The notes under the pieces were generated by a model. That model saw only the letters and a program-made list of their open reading frames with translations. It ran no database searches and had not been told where the DNA came from. A DNA stretch of 64,000 bases from Candidatus Limnocylindrales bacterium (GTDB taxonomy: Bacteria > Chloroflexota > Limnocylindria > Limnocylindrales > CSP1-4): positions 2,013 through 66,012 of the forward strand of contig DASYTK010000006.1 in NCBI GenBank assembly GCA_036002405.1, written 5' to 3'. Shown in pieces: positions 1 through 7,873 of this stretch. A program made the translations under genes and the position numbers. The stretch's first letter is position 1; each line of letters starts with the position of its first letter.

Positions 1-191
1 GCGAAGAGCTCGCCGCCCTGGATGCGGCGAGAGTCGTAGGCGATCCCGGAGACGGTCACGCTTCCCGGCGCCGTCGGGCCGCCCGGGATGACCGAGCGGA
101 GCAGCCCGCGCGCCTCGAGCAGGGCGATCAGCTCACCGAGGCGCCGCGATCGCCCTGGCGTGCTCGTCTGTCCGGAGGGCGCCACGGTCAC
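1..191 (-). CDS. murE: MurE (UDP-N-acetylmuramoyl-tripeptide synthetase), N-terminal fragment; the gene runs off the left edge
   Basis: Not in the ORF track because it is truncated. My minus-strand translation from GTG 191..189 reads VTVAPSGQTSTPGRSRRLGELIALLEARGLLRSVIPGGPTAPGSVTVSGIAYDSRRIQGGELF. The I.G...DSR....G.LF stretch is the usual MurE N-terminal signature. GTGA start/stop overlap with the upstream fem gene; cell-wall gene context. Confidence 0.55.
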   Translation of the reverse strand, partial: MTVAPSGQTSTPGRSRRLGELIALLEARGLLRSVIPGGPTAPGSVTVSGIAYDSRRIQGGELF

Positions 192-1264
192 CGGGCCTGG
201 AGCCGCATCGCGACCCGACGGAGCGCCCGCGCCGAGAGGCCGATGCGGTACAGCCACGGCCGCAGCAGGACCTCGTGCGCTGGCGCGGACTCGACCCACT
301 CGGCGCCGAACGAGGCCTTGTGCTGGTAAAGACCCCATCCGGGATCGCCCTCGCGCGGGCGCTCCCGGTGGCCCGCCAGGTCGACCCCGCCGAGATCGAT
401 CGCGGGAACGCCCGCCGCCAGCGCCCCTCGGATCGCGGTCCAGCGGAGGAGGTGCATCGTCCCTGGCACGCGATCGCGCAGGTCCGCCCGATCGGCAGAG
501 AAAGCGGTCGCCCAGTGCCCGCCCTGGAGATACGCGAGCAGCCCGCCGCAGAGCTCGCCGCCATGGAGCGCGACGAAGAAGCGGGCCCGTCCCGCCTCGA
601 GCACGCGGCGCCACCAGGGCAGGAAGGAGCCCTCGGCCTGAAAATGGAAATGGCGCCGCCCCGCGGCCTCCTCCATCAGCGCCCCGAACGGCTCGAGCCA
701 CTCCCCTGCCCGGTCCTCGCGAACGGTGGTCCCGGCCTCCTCGGCCGCGCGGATCCGCTGGCGGCTGCTCTTCGAAACGCCGCGCAACAGGCCGTCCTCA
801 TCCGCACCGGCGGGGAAGCGCAGGACCATCCGGTGGCGCGACGGCTGGATCTCGTGCGCGGGGCGGAAGGCCGCCTCGGCGAGTCGGTGCTCGTACGTCT
901 CGCTCGCGTCGAGTTCCGGATCGACCGCCAGGATCGAGGCACCCTCGCCGCGGCACCAGGCCGCGAGGCCGGCCGCCCGACCCGCGACCCGCTCCGCCGG
1001 ATCCCCGGCCGAGACCGGACCGCGAGGCGCATAGGCCAGGAAGCCGGGCAGCGGCGGCTGCCGTCGCGTGAGGAGAAGCGCCGCTCGCCCGTCGGCGAAC
1101 GAGAGGAAGCGCGGGCGCCAGCCCTGCTCGGCCCGATGGGCCGCCCATTCCGCGCCCTGGAGCACGTGGCCGCCGGGAACGTCGACCGTCCGGGCATCCC
1201 AACCCGCCGGGGGCTCGGGCTCCTCGGCGACGACCGCGACGGGGCCCGGAGGCGGTGACCTCAT
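188..1264 (-). CDS. FemAB/FemX-family peptidoglycan interpeptide-bridge peptidyltransferase (paralogue 2)
   Basis: ORF 188..1831 trimmed to ATG 1264..1262, which forms an ATGA overlap with the upstream stop 1261..1263. Motifs: HVLQGAEWAAHRAEQGW, FLAYAPRGPV, SKSSRQRIRAAEEAG, MHLLRWTAIRGA, GLYQHKASFGAEWV. Collinear with the neighbouring paralogue. Confidence 0.8.
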   Translation of the reverse strand: MRSPPPGPVAVVAEEPEPPAGWDARTVDVPGGHVLQGAEWAAHRAEQGWRPRFLSFADGRAALLLTRRQPPLPGFLAYAPRGPVSAGDPAERVAGRAAGLAAWCRGEGASILAVDPELDASETYEHRLAEAAFRPAHEIQPSRHRMVLRFPAGADEDGLLRGVSKSSRQRIRAAEEAGTTVREDRAGEWLEPFGALMEEAAGRRHFHFQAEGSFLPWWRRVLEAGRARFFVALHGGELCGGLLAYLQGGHWATAFSADRADLRDRVPGTMHLLRWTAIRGALAAGVPAIDLGGVDLAGHRERPREGDPGWGLYQHKASFGAEWVESAPAHEVLLRPWLYRIGLSARALRRVAMRLQAR

Positions 1265-2316
1265 CCGGCATCGGCGGGCGCGGCGGCGCCTCGCCCGTCC
1301 AGTCCGTGGCGGCGGCGCGCGAGGGCGACGCGCAGGCGCTGGGCCGCTCCCACCGCCAGACGGACGGGCGGATTCGCGACGAGCTCCCAGGCCCCGATAT
1401 AGCGGACCTCGCGTCCGCCGAAGCCGGTCTTGAACTGCTCGATCCCGGCGTGCGAGAGCCCCCACATGTCGTAGATCGCGAACCCCCGCTCGCGCGAGGA
1501 GCGGATCGCCTCCCACTTCAGGAGGTAGTTCGCCCGCGCGTCGGCCCCGGCCGGGAGCATCCCACCGTACGGCTCGATCACCCGGCGACCGCAGTGGACC
1601 AGGACGAGCGTCGCCACCGGCGCCCCGTCGAGCGCCGCGAAGAGCAGTCGTGCCCGGCCGTCCGCGGCGAACGTCTCGAAGGTCCGGCGGTACGAGTCCG
1701 CGGTGCGGTAGAGGAACCCGGCCCGGCGTGCGGTATCGACGTAGATCCGGTAGAAGTCCTCGAGACCCTCCGCGCCCGACTCGACGACGGTGACCCCGTT
1801 CCGGCGGGCCTTTTGCACGTACTGGCGCCACTTGCTCCGGAGGTCGGACCAGAGCGCCTCCTCGGGCCGGCTGAGGTCGACGAGACGGCTTCGGTCGGGC
1901 TGGATCGGCGGCGCCGGCCGCCAGCCGGCCCCGTCGAGCCAGTCTGCCAGCACGTCCCCGGCCTCAACCTCGGGATCGATGATCACGTGGCTCAGGCGCT
2001 CCTCCCGGGCGAGCTCGCGGAGGCGCCCGGTGAGGGCTGCCACGCCGGGCTCGCTGTAGCGCGCGGCGGGGATCGGGCCGCGCGGCGCGTAGCCGACGCT
2101 CCATAGACTCCGGCCGATCCTGCGCACGAGCACCTGTGCCCCGAGCGTCCCGTTTGCGCCGGCCCTGATCCGATGGGCGAGCCAGCCGTTCGCCCGCTTG
2201 ATCGCTGCCCACGCGCTCAGCTGGGTATAGGCGCCGTTCGGGCTCGACTCGACGAAGGCGTCCCAATCGGGGTCGATCATGCCTGGCTGGCGCGGCTCGT
2301 CAACGATCTCCGTCAC
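1261..2316 (-). CDS. FemAB/FemX-family peptidoglycan interpeptide-bridge peptidyltransferase (paralogue 1)
   Basis: 351-aa ORF. GTG start 2316..2314 overlaps the murJ stop (GTGA). Motifs: YTQLSAWAAIKRANGW, WSVGYAPRGPI, SKWRQYVQKARRNGV, ANYLLKWEAIRSSRERGFAIYDMWGL, GIEQFKTGFGGREV. Confidence 0.8.
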   Translation of the reverse strand: MTEIVDEPRQPGMIDPDWDAFVESSPNGAYTQLSAWAAIKRANGWLAHRIRAGANGTLGAQVLVRRIGRSLWSVGYAPRGPIPAARYSEPGVAALTGRLRELAREERLSHVIIDPEVEAGDVLADWLDGAGWRPAPPIQPDRSRLVDLSRPEEALWSDLRSKWRQYVQKARRNGVTVVESGAEGLEDFYRIYVDTARRAGFLYRTADSYRRTFETFAADGRARLLFAALDGAPVATLVLVHCGRRVIEPYGGMLPAGADARANYLLKWEAIRSSRERGFAIYDMWGLSHAGIEQFKTGFGGREVRYIGAWELVANPPVRLAVGAAQRLRVALARRRHGLDGRGAAAPADAG

Positions 2317-3926
2317 GTCGGTCGTGGCCCGCCCCTCAGCGTCGAGCGGGTGAGCTCCAGCAACGTCCGCAGCTCCGGGATCCGGAGGAACCAGCCGTAG
2401 GCAAGGTAGAGGCTCCCGCCGACGCTCGCCGCGAGGCCGGATTGCAGGGCCAGGGCGATCTTCCCCGGCTCGGTCCCGACCAGGCCGTCGGTAAGGCGGA
2501 TGACGACGAGGGCGGCCAGTCCCGCGAGGGCCGCCCCGAGCGCGAACTCGCTGGCCGCCCGGCCCAGGACGTCGATCCGGATCGCCTTCGTGCGCTGCCA
2601 GAGGAGCGTGGTGAGGAGCGCGGCCTCGACCCAGGCACCGGCCGCGATCCCCAGCGCGAGCCCGGACAACCCGAGAGAGCCGACCGTCAGCACGGAGACG
2701 ACGACGTTCACGGCGACCGAGAGGAGCGCGGCGAGCACCGGTGTCCGGGTGTCCTTCCCGGCGTAGAAGGCGCGGGCGAGGACGACGATCATCGCGTGCG
2801 CGGCCAGCCCGAAGAGGAAGAAGAGGAGCGTGTTCGCGGTGGCGTCGATCGCCTCAGGGCCGATCCGGCCGTAGTCGAAGAGGAGCGTCGCGATCTGGCG
2901 TCGGAGCACGATCATCAGGGCGGTCAGGAAGAGCATGACGTAGAGGAGCAGCCGGAGCGAGCGGACCACCAGCGAACCGAACTCGCGGACGGCGCCAGTC
3001 GCGACGGCACGCGACATCGCCGGGAGGAGGACGATCCCGAGCGGGACCCCGATGACCCCGAGCGGGATCTGGAGGATCGTGAAGGCGATGTTGTAAGCCA
3101 CGATCGAGCCGGTCTGGAGTCCCGAGGCGAGCGACGTGTTGACGATGAACGTGATCTGGCTGGCGGCCAGCCCGAGCGCCCGGGGAGCCATGAGGAGGGC
3201 CGTCTGGCGCGCCACGGGGTCATCCAGGTCGAGGCGGAAGTCGTAGCTGAAGCCTGTCTTCCCGAGGAGTACCGGAAGCTGGACGGCGACGTGGAGCAGC
3301 GAACCGATCACGACGCCGACGGCAAGACTTTCGACGCCCATGATCGGCGAGAGAAAGACCGCCGCGAGGAGGATGGCCACGTTGTAGAGAAGCGGGGCCA
3401 CCGCCGCGGCCCCGAACCGACCGGCGGCGTTGAGGACGCTCGAGGCGACGGCGCCCAGGGCGAGAAGGATCGGCGAGAGGAGCATCACCCGGGTGAGGCG
3501 AACCGTCAGCTCCATCTGGACGACGTCGAACCCGGGAGTGATCGCGAGCATGATCACCGGCGCGGCGATCGCGACGACGACCGCGAGCGCGAGGAGCACG
3601 AGGAGCATCCCGTTGATCACCGTCGACACGACGCGCCAGGCGTGGGCGTCCTCGCCGTTCGCGAGGAGGCCGGCCACGACCGGGACGAGCGCCGAGCTCA
3701 GGGCCCCCGCGGCCGCGAGCTGGTAGATCGCGTCTGGGATCCGGAAGGCGGCCAGGTAGGCGTCCAGGTCGGCTTCCGCGCCGAAAAGGGCGCTGATGAC
3801 GACGAGGCGCAACCAGCCCAGAAGGCGGGCAGCGAAGAAGGCCGCCGTGACGACGAGGCCGGCCGCGGCGAGCGCCTGGACCGGGACACCGGCGGGCGCC
3901 GGTCGCGCCTCCGCCGGCTCGCTCAC
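2313..3926 (-). CDS. murJ: Lipid II flippase MurJ/MviN
   Basis: 537-aa polytopic membrane ORF. N-terminus LLGWLRLVVISALFGAEADLDAYLAAFRIPDAIYQL is typical of MurJ. GTGA overlap with the xer stop. Confidence 0.9.
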   Translation of the reverse strand: MSEPAEARPAPAGVPVQALAAAGLVVTAAFFAARLLGWLRLVVISALFGAEADLDAYLAAFRIPDAIYQLAAAGALSSALVPVVAGLLANGEDAHAWRVVSTVINGMLLVLLALAVVVAIAAPVIMLAITPGFDVVQMELTVRLTRVMLLSPILLALGAVASSVLNAAGRFGAAAVAPLLYNVAILLAAVFLSPIMGVESLAVGVVIGSLLHVAVQLPVLLGKTGFSYDFRLDLDDPVARQTALLMAPRALGLAASQITFIVNTSLASGLQTGSIVAYNIAFTILQIPLGVIGVPLGIVLLPAMSRAVATGAVREFGSLVVRSLRLLLYVMLFLTALMIVLRRQIATLLFDYGRIGPEAIDATANTLLFFLFGLAAHAMIVVLARAFYAGKDTRTPVLAALLSVAVNVVVSVLTVGSLGLSGLALGIAAGAWVEAALLTTLLWQRTKAIRIDVLGRAASEFALGAALAGLAALVVIRLTDGLVGTEPGKIALALQSGLAASVGGSLYLAYGWFLRIPELRTLLELTRSTLRGGPRPT

Positions 3927-4936
3927 GAGACGGTGGGCTCGCTCCCTGCCACAGAGGGCGCCGCGGAGCCTTGCCTGCGGGCCCGCGGATGAGCCTGTCG
4001 ATAGGCGCTCTGCAGACGCCCCGGTGAGACGTGCGTATAGACCTGGGTGGTGCCCAGGCTGGCGTGCCCGAGGAGCTCCTGGACGACCCGCAGGTCGGCG
4101 CCACCTTCGAGGAGGTGACTGGCGAACGAATGACGAAGCGTATGCGGGCCCACACCGTCGGGGAGACCGGCGCGCCGCGCCAGGCGCTCGATCCGGTAGC
4201 GCAGCCCGCGGACGCCCAGCGGATGCCCGTTCGCGTTCAGGAAGACGAGGCCCTCGTCGGGCCCGCGGGCGCGGGAGCGGAGCACCCCGCGGCCCTCCAC
4301 GATGTAGACGGCGAGCGCGTCCCGGGCGGGAGCGCCAAGGAGCCCGATCCTCTCCTTCCGGCCCTTGCCCAGGACGCGGGCCTCTCCGCGCGTGAGATCG
4401 AGATCGCGGATCGTGAGCGCGGCCAGCTCGCTCACGCGCAGCCCCGCGGCGTACGCCGTCTCGACGATCGCGCGGTCGCGCAGAACGAGCGCGTCGGCAG
4501 TGGCGTCACGGGCGTCGCTCGGCGCGGCCGTCGAGCGAGACGAGCCGGCCATCCCGGCCGATCCCTCGACCGCGTCGAGCAGCCGTTCGATCTCGGCGAC
4601 TTCGAGCACGGTCGGAAGGCGCCTCGGCCGGCGAGGCGCCGAAACCGCCGCCCACGGATCGCCCTCGATCCAGCCCTGACGCCGACCGTGCCGGTAGAAC
4701 GCACGGAGCGCTGCCACCCGGCTGGCGATCGACGAGCGTGCCAGTCCCGAGCCGGCGAGCTCCGCGAGGTAGCCGCGCAGGATGGGCTTCCCCGGCTGGC
4801 GCCAGTCGGCCTCCTGTCCCTCGAGCCAGTCGAGATAACGCCGAACCGCGCTCCGATAGGCGCGGCGAGTATGCACAGAGGTATCCCGCGCCTCGAGCGC
4901 GCGAACGAAGCCCTCGAGCGCCGCCGCCCCCGTCAC
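3923..4936 (-). CDS. Tyrosine site-specific recombinase, XerC/XerD family
   Basis: 337 aa. N-terminal SAM-like domain (HTRRAYRSAVRRYLDWL). Catalytic C-terminus: ARVLGKGRKER, HTLRHSFASHLLEGGADLRVVQELLGHASLGTTQVYTHV. XerC and XerD cannot be told apart by eye. Confidence 0.9.
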   Translation of the reverse strand: MTGAAALEGFVRALEARDTSVHTRRAYRSAVRRYLDWLEGQEADWRQPGKPILRGYLAELAGSGLARSSIASRVAALRAFYRHGRRQGWIEGDPWAAVSAPRRPRRLPTVLEVAEIERLLDAVEGSAGMAGSSRSTAAPSDARDATADALVLRDRAIVETAYAAGLRVSELAALTIRDLDLTRGEARVLGKGRKERIGLLGAPARDALAVYIVEGRGVLRSRARGPDEGLVFLNANGHPLGVRGLRYRIERLARRAGLPDGVGPHTLRHSFASHLLEGGADLRVVQELLGHASLGTTQVYTHVSPGRLQSAYRQAHPRARRQGSAAPSVAGSEPTVS

Positions 4937-7392
4937 GCCGCGGTCGAGGCCCGGCGTCGCGGGCGGCCCCGGCCCTCGCCTGCCTTCCCCGACCCGGTCG
5001 CGTCGGGACCCGCTCGACGCCCGCGTCGGAGCGCTCGGGGTCGCGCCAGGGCTCCCGGATCCGGTTCGCCGCCGGGCAGGCGCAGGCCGACGAGATCGCC
5101 TTCGGGAAGCTCGACCGGCGCCCCGCAGAGGAGGCAGATGCCCCCGTCGTCCTTCCTCGCCACGGGACCGCTGTCGGCGTCGTGCAGGGCACCCAGCGGC
5201 TCGAAAGAGGTCGTGTACTGGCAGCGCGGATATCGGCTGCAGCCCCAGAAGCGAGCGCCGCTCCGCCGGGCGACCCGGGTCACGAGGTGGCCCTCACCGC
5301 ACCGTGGGCAGGTCGCCTCGAAGGGCAGCGGGTCGGGAGGCGGCGGCCCCGTCTTGCGGATGTAATCGCACTCGGGGTAGCGGGAGCAACCGGCGAAGGG
5401 GCCGAAACGGCCGCGCCGGGCGACGAGCGTCCCCTCCCCGCAGCGTGGGCAGGTGTCGCCGACGCCTTCGAGCGAGCCCGCCTCCCCACTCGCCGATCCG
5501 GTGCCGTCGCCCCCGCCCCGGCCCGTCCCGTCCCCGGCCACCGGCGCCGGCAGTGGACGGGTCTCCTTGTGTTCGGGGTAGAGCGAGCAGGCGAGGAACT
5601 CGCCGTACCGGCCGGCGCGGATCACCATCGGGTGCCCGAGCGAGCACACCTCGTCGGTGGCCAGGCCGATCTCGGCCGGGCGGAGCTCGCGCGACTTCTC
5701 CTCGACCCGGCTCGAGAATGGACCGTAGAAGGCGCGCACGACCGGGACCCAGGGTCGCTCACCCCGGGCGATCTCATCGAGCTCCTCCTCCATCCGGGCG
5801 GTGAAGGCGACGTCGACGAACTCGCCGAAGTGCGCGACGAGCAGGTCGGTGACGATCTCGCCCAGCAGCTCCGGGCGCAGGCGTCGGTCGGCGAGCGTGA
5901 CGTAGCCACGGTCGAGGATCGTCGAGATCGTCGCGGCATACGTCGAGGGCCGCCCGATCCCGTGCTCCTCGAGCGCCCGGATCAGCGTCGCCTCGGTGTA
6001 GCGCGGCGGCGCCTCGGTAAAGTGCTGGCTCGGCTCGAGCCCGACGATCGCCGCCAGGTCCCCCTCGCCCAGGGCCGGGAGCGTCGCCTCCCCTTCCTCC
6101 TCGGGCTCGTCGCGACCCTCGATGTAGACCCGGGCGAAGCCGTCGAAGACCGTCCGCGTCGCGCTTGCCCGCAGCTCGTAGGCGCCCGCCTCGAGCTCGA
6201 TCGTCGTCGTCTCCTGCTCCTTGGCCGCCATCTGCGAGGCGACGGCGCGCTGCCAGATCAGCCGATAGAGGCGTCCCTCGTCGCGCCCCAGGTGCCCCTC
6301 GAGGACCTCGGGGTCGCGCGCCGCGCTCGTGGGGCGGATCGACTCGTGCGCCTCCTGGGCGCCCTTCGCCTTCGTCCGGTGGCGCCGTCCACCCTCAACG
6401 GCGTACGGCTCGCCGTAGCGCTCCCGGACGAGCGCTCCGATGTCGCGGATCGCGACGTCGGCGAGAGCGGTCGAGTCGGTCCGCATGTAGGTGATCAGCC
6501 CGACCTGGCCCTCGGGCGTCTCGACGCCCTCGTAGAGCCGCTGCGCGACGCCCATCGTCCGCTTCGGGCTGAAGCCCAGCTTCCGGCTCGCCTCCTGCTG
6601 GAGCGTGCTCGTGGTGAAGGGCGGGGCGGGATTGCGCTTCCGCCGCGTCGTCGCGACCGAGCGAACCCGGGCCTCGCCGCCCTCGAGGGCGGCGGCATGC
6701 CGCCGCGCGGCCTCCTCGTCTGCGATCTCCAGGCTTGCACCGTCGTGCTTCACGACGGCGGCCGTGAACGTCGTGTCGTCGCCAGCGCTGAGCGTGGCCT
6801 CGAGCGTCCAGTACTCGCGCGGCGTGAAGCCACGGATCTCGCGCTCGCGCTCCACGACGAGGCGGACGGCGACCGACTGGACGCGCCCCGCCGAGAGGCC
6901 GCGCCGGATCTTCCGCCAGAGCAGCGGACTCAGCGTGTATCCCACGAGGCGGTCGAGGATCCGGCGTGTCTGCTGGGCGTCGACGAGGTGCTCGTCGATC
7001 GCTCGTGGGTGGGCGAAGGCATTACGGATCGCCCCTTCGGTGATCTCGCTGAAGGTCACGCGCCGGCGCTTTGCGGCGGGGACCTTGGCCGCCTCGACGA
7101 CGTGCCAGGCGATCGCCTCGCCCTCGCGATCGAGGTCCGTGGCGAGGTACACGGCCTCGGCAGACTTCGCCTCGCGGGCGATCGTCGCGACCTGTTTCTT
7201 CCGGTCGTCGACGACGACGTACTCGGGCCGGAAGTCATGCTCGATGTCGACCCCGAGCTTGTCGCGGCCGGGATTCTCGGGCAGGTCACGGACGTGCCCG
7301 TATGAGGCGACGACGCGGTAATCGGGGCCGAGATAACGCTCGATCGTGCGCGCCTTCGCCGGCGACTCCACGACGACCAGGTTCTTCGGCAT
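4933..7392 (-). CDS. topA: DNA topoisomerase I
   Basis: ORF 4933..7434. I prefer ATG 7392..7390 (MPKNLVVVESPAKARTIERYLG, TOPRIM start). Motifs GYTLSPLLWRK and ITYMRTDS (active-site Tyr region). C-terminal CxxC zinc-ribbon repeats: CPRCGEG...CSRYPEC, CPRCGEG...CSRYPRC. Confidence 0.95.
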   Translation of the reverse strand: MPKNLVVVESPAKARTIERYLGPDYRVVASYGHVRDLPENPGRDKLGVDIEHDFRPEYVVVDDRKKQVATIAREAKSAEAVYLATDLDREGEAIAWHVVEAAKVPAAKRRRVTFSEITEGAIRNAFAHPRAIDEHLVDAQQTRRILDRLVGYTLSPLLWRKIRRGLSAGRVQSVAVRLVVEREREIRGFTPREYWTLEATLSAGDDTTFTAAVVKHDGASLEIADEEAARRHAAALEGGEARVRSVATTRRKRNPAPPFTTSTLQQEASRKLGFSPKRTMGVAQRLYEGVETPEGQVGLITYMRTDSTALADVAIRDIGALVRERYGEPYAVEGGRRHRTKAKGAQEAHESIRPTSAARDPEVLEGHLGRDEGRLYRLIWQRAVASQMAAKEQETTTIELEAGAYELRASATRTVFDGFARVYIEGRDEPEEEGEATLPALGEGDLAAIVGLEPSQHFTEAPPRYTEATLIRALEEHGIGRPSTYAATISTILDRGYVTLADRRLRPELLGEIVTDLLVAHFGEFVDVAFTARMEEELDEIARGERPWVPVVRAFYGPFSSRVEEKSRELRPAEIGLATDEVCSLGHPMVIRAGRYGEFLACSLYPEHKETRPLPAPVAGDGTGRGGGDGTGSASGEAGSLEGVGDTCPRCGEGTLVARRGRFGPFAGCSRYPECDYIRKTGPPPPDPLPFEATCPRCGEGHLVTRVARRSGARFWGCSRYPRCQYTTSFEPLGALHDADSGPVARKDDGGICLLCGAPVELPEGDLVGLRLPGGEPDPGALARPRALRRGRRAGPDATGSGKAGEGRGRPRRRASTAA

Positions 7393-7492
7393 CGGCGGCG
7401 AAGTGTAGCACCGGGCTTTTTGCCGGCCGCTCACCTCCGGCTGCGCGCCGGCATGCCTCCCGAACTCCGCGGGCGAGAGACGGGCGTCGGCC

Positions 7493-7849
7493 CTAGGCCT
7501 CGCGGACCCGGCGGAGGAAGTCCTCGTCGAGCTCGAGGTCGTCCTCGGTCATCGCACTCGCGGCGGCGGCCTCCTCGTCCTCCCCTCCCTGGGCCGCCGC
7601 CCGAACGGCCTCGGCGGGGATCTCGATGAAGCGGATGTGGAGGAGCGGGAAGAGGAACCAGCTGTCGGTGTCGTCGATGAAGATCGGCTTCTGGCCGGCT
7701 TTCGTGCGCACGTTCGTGCAGACGAGGCAGGCATCCTGCGCCGTGGGCAGGCCGCGGATATCGGCGCTGAGCGGCTGCTCCCCCTGGAGGTGGATGACGA
7801 CGTTCCGGATCATCGGCCGATCATCGACCGCCGGCGCCCTTCGCGGCAT
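7493..7849 (-). CDS. Hypothetical small protein with an acidic C-terminal tail
   Basis: 118-aa ORF. ATG at 7849, with an alternative ATG at 7813 (MIRNVVIHLQGEQPL...). Non-repetitive composition, unlike the shadow ORFs. Sits between the CAP-domain gene and topA. No family recognised. Confidence 0.5.
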   Translation of the reverse strand: MPRRAPAVDDRPMIRNVVIHLQGEQPLSADIRGLPTAQDACLVCTNVRTKAGQKPIFIDDTDSWFLFPLLHIRFIEIPAEAVRAAAQGGEDEEAAAASAMTEDDLELDEDFLRRVREA

Positions 7850-7873
7850 CCCCCGACCGGGCCATCCCCACCC

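Noticed and set aside
3923-4936. Tyrosine recombinase as a marker of an integrated mobile element.
   Set aside because: It has the XerC/XerD-type sequence, is GTGA-coupled on both sides to topA and murJ, and has no flanking phage, plasmid or att features. It is a chromosomal dimer-resolution recombinase.
4738-7305. 855-aa plus-strand ORF covering the topA locus.
   Set aside because: It is antisense to a clearly recognisable topA. Its translation is Arg/Pro/Gly/Ala-rich with no motifs. This is the typical shadow ORF of high-GC DNA, where stop codons are rare in all frames.
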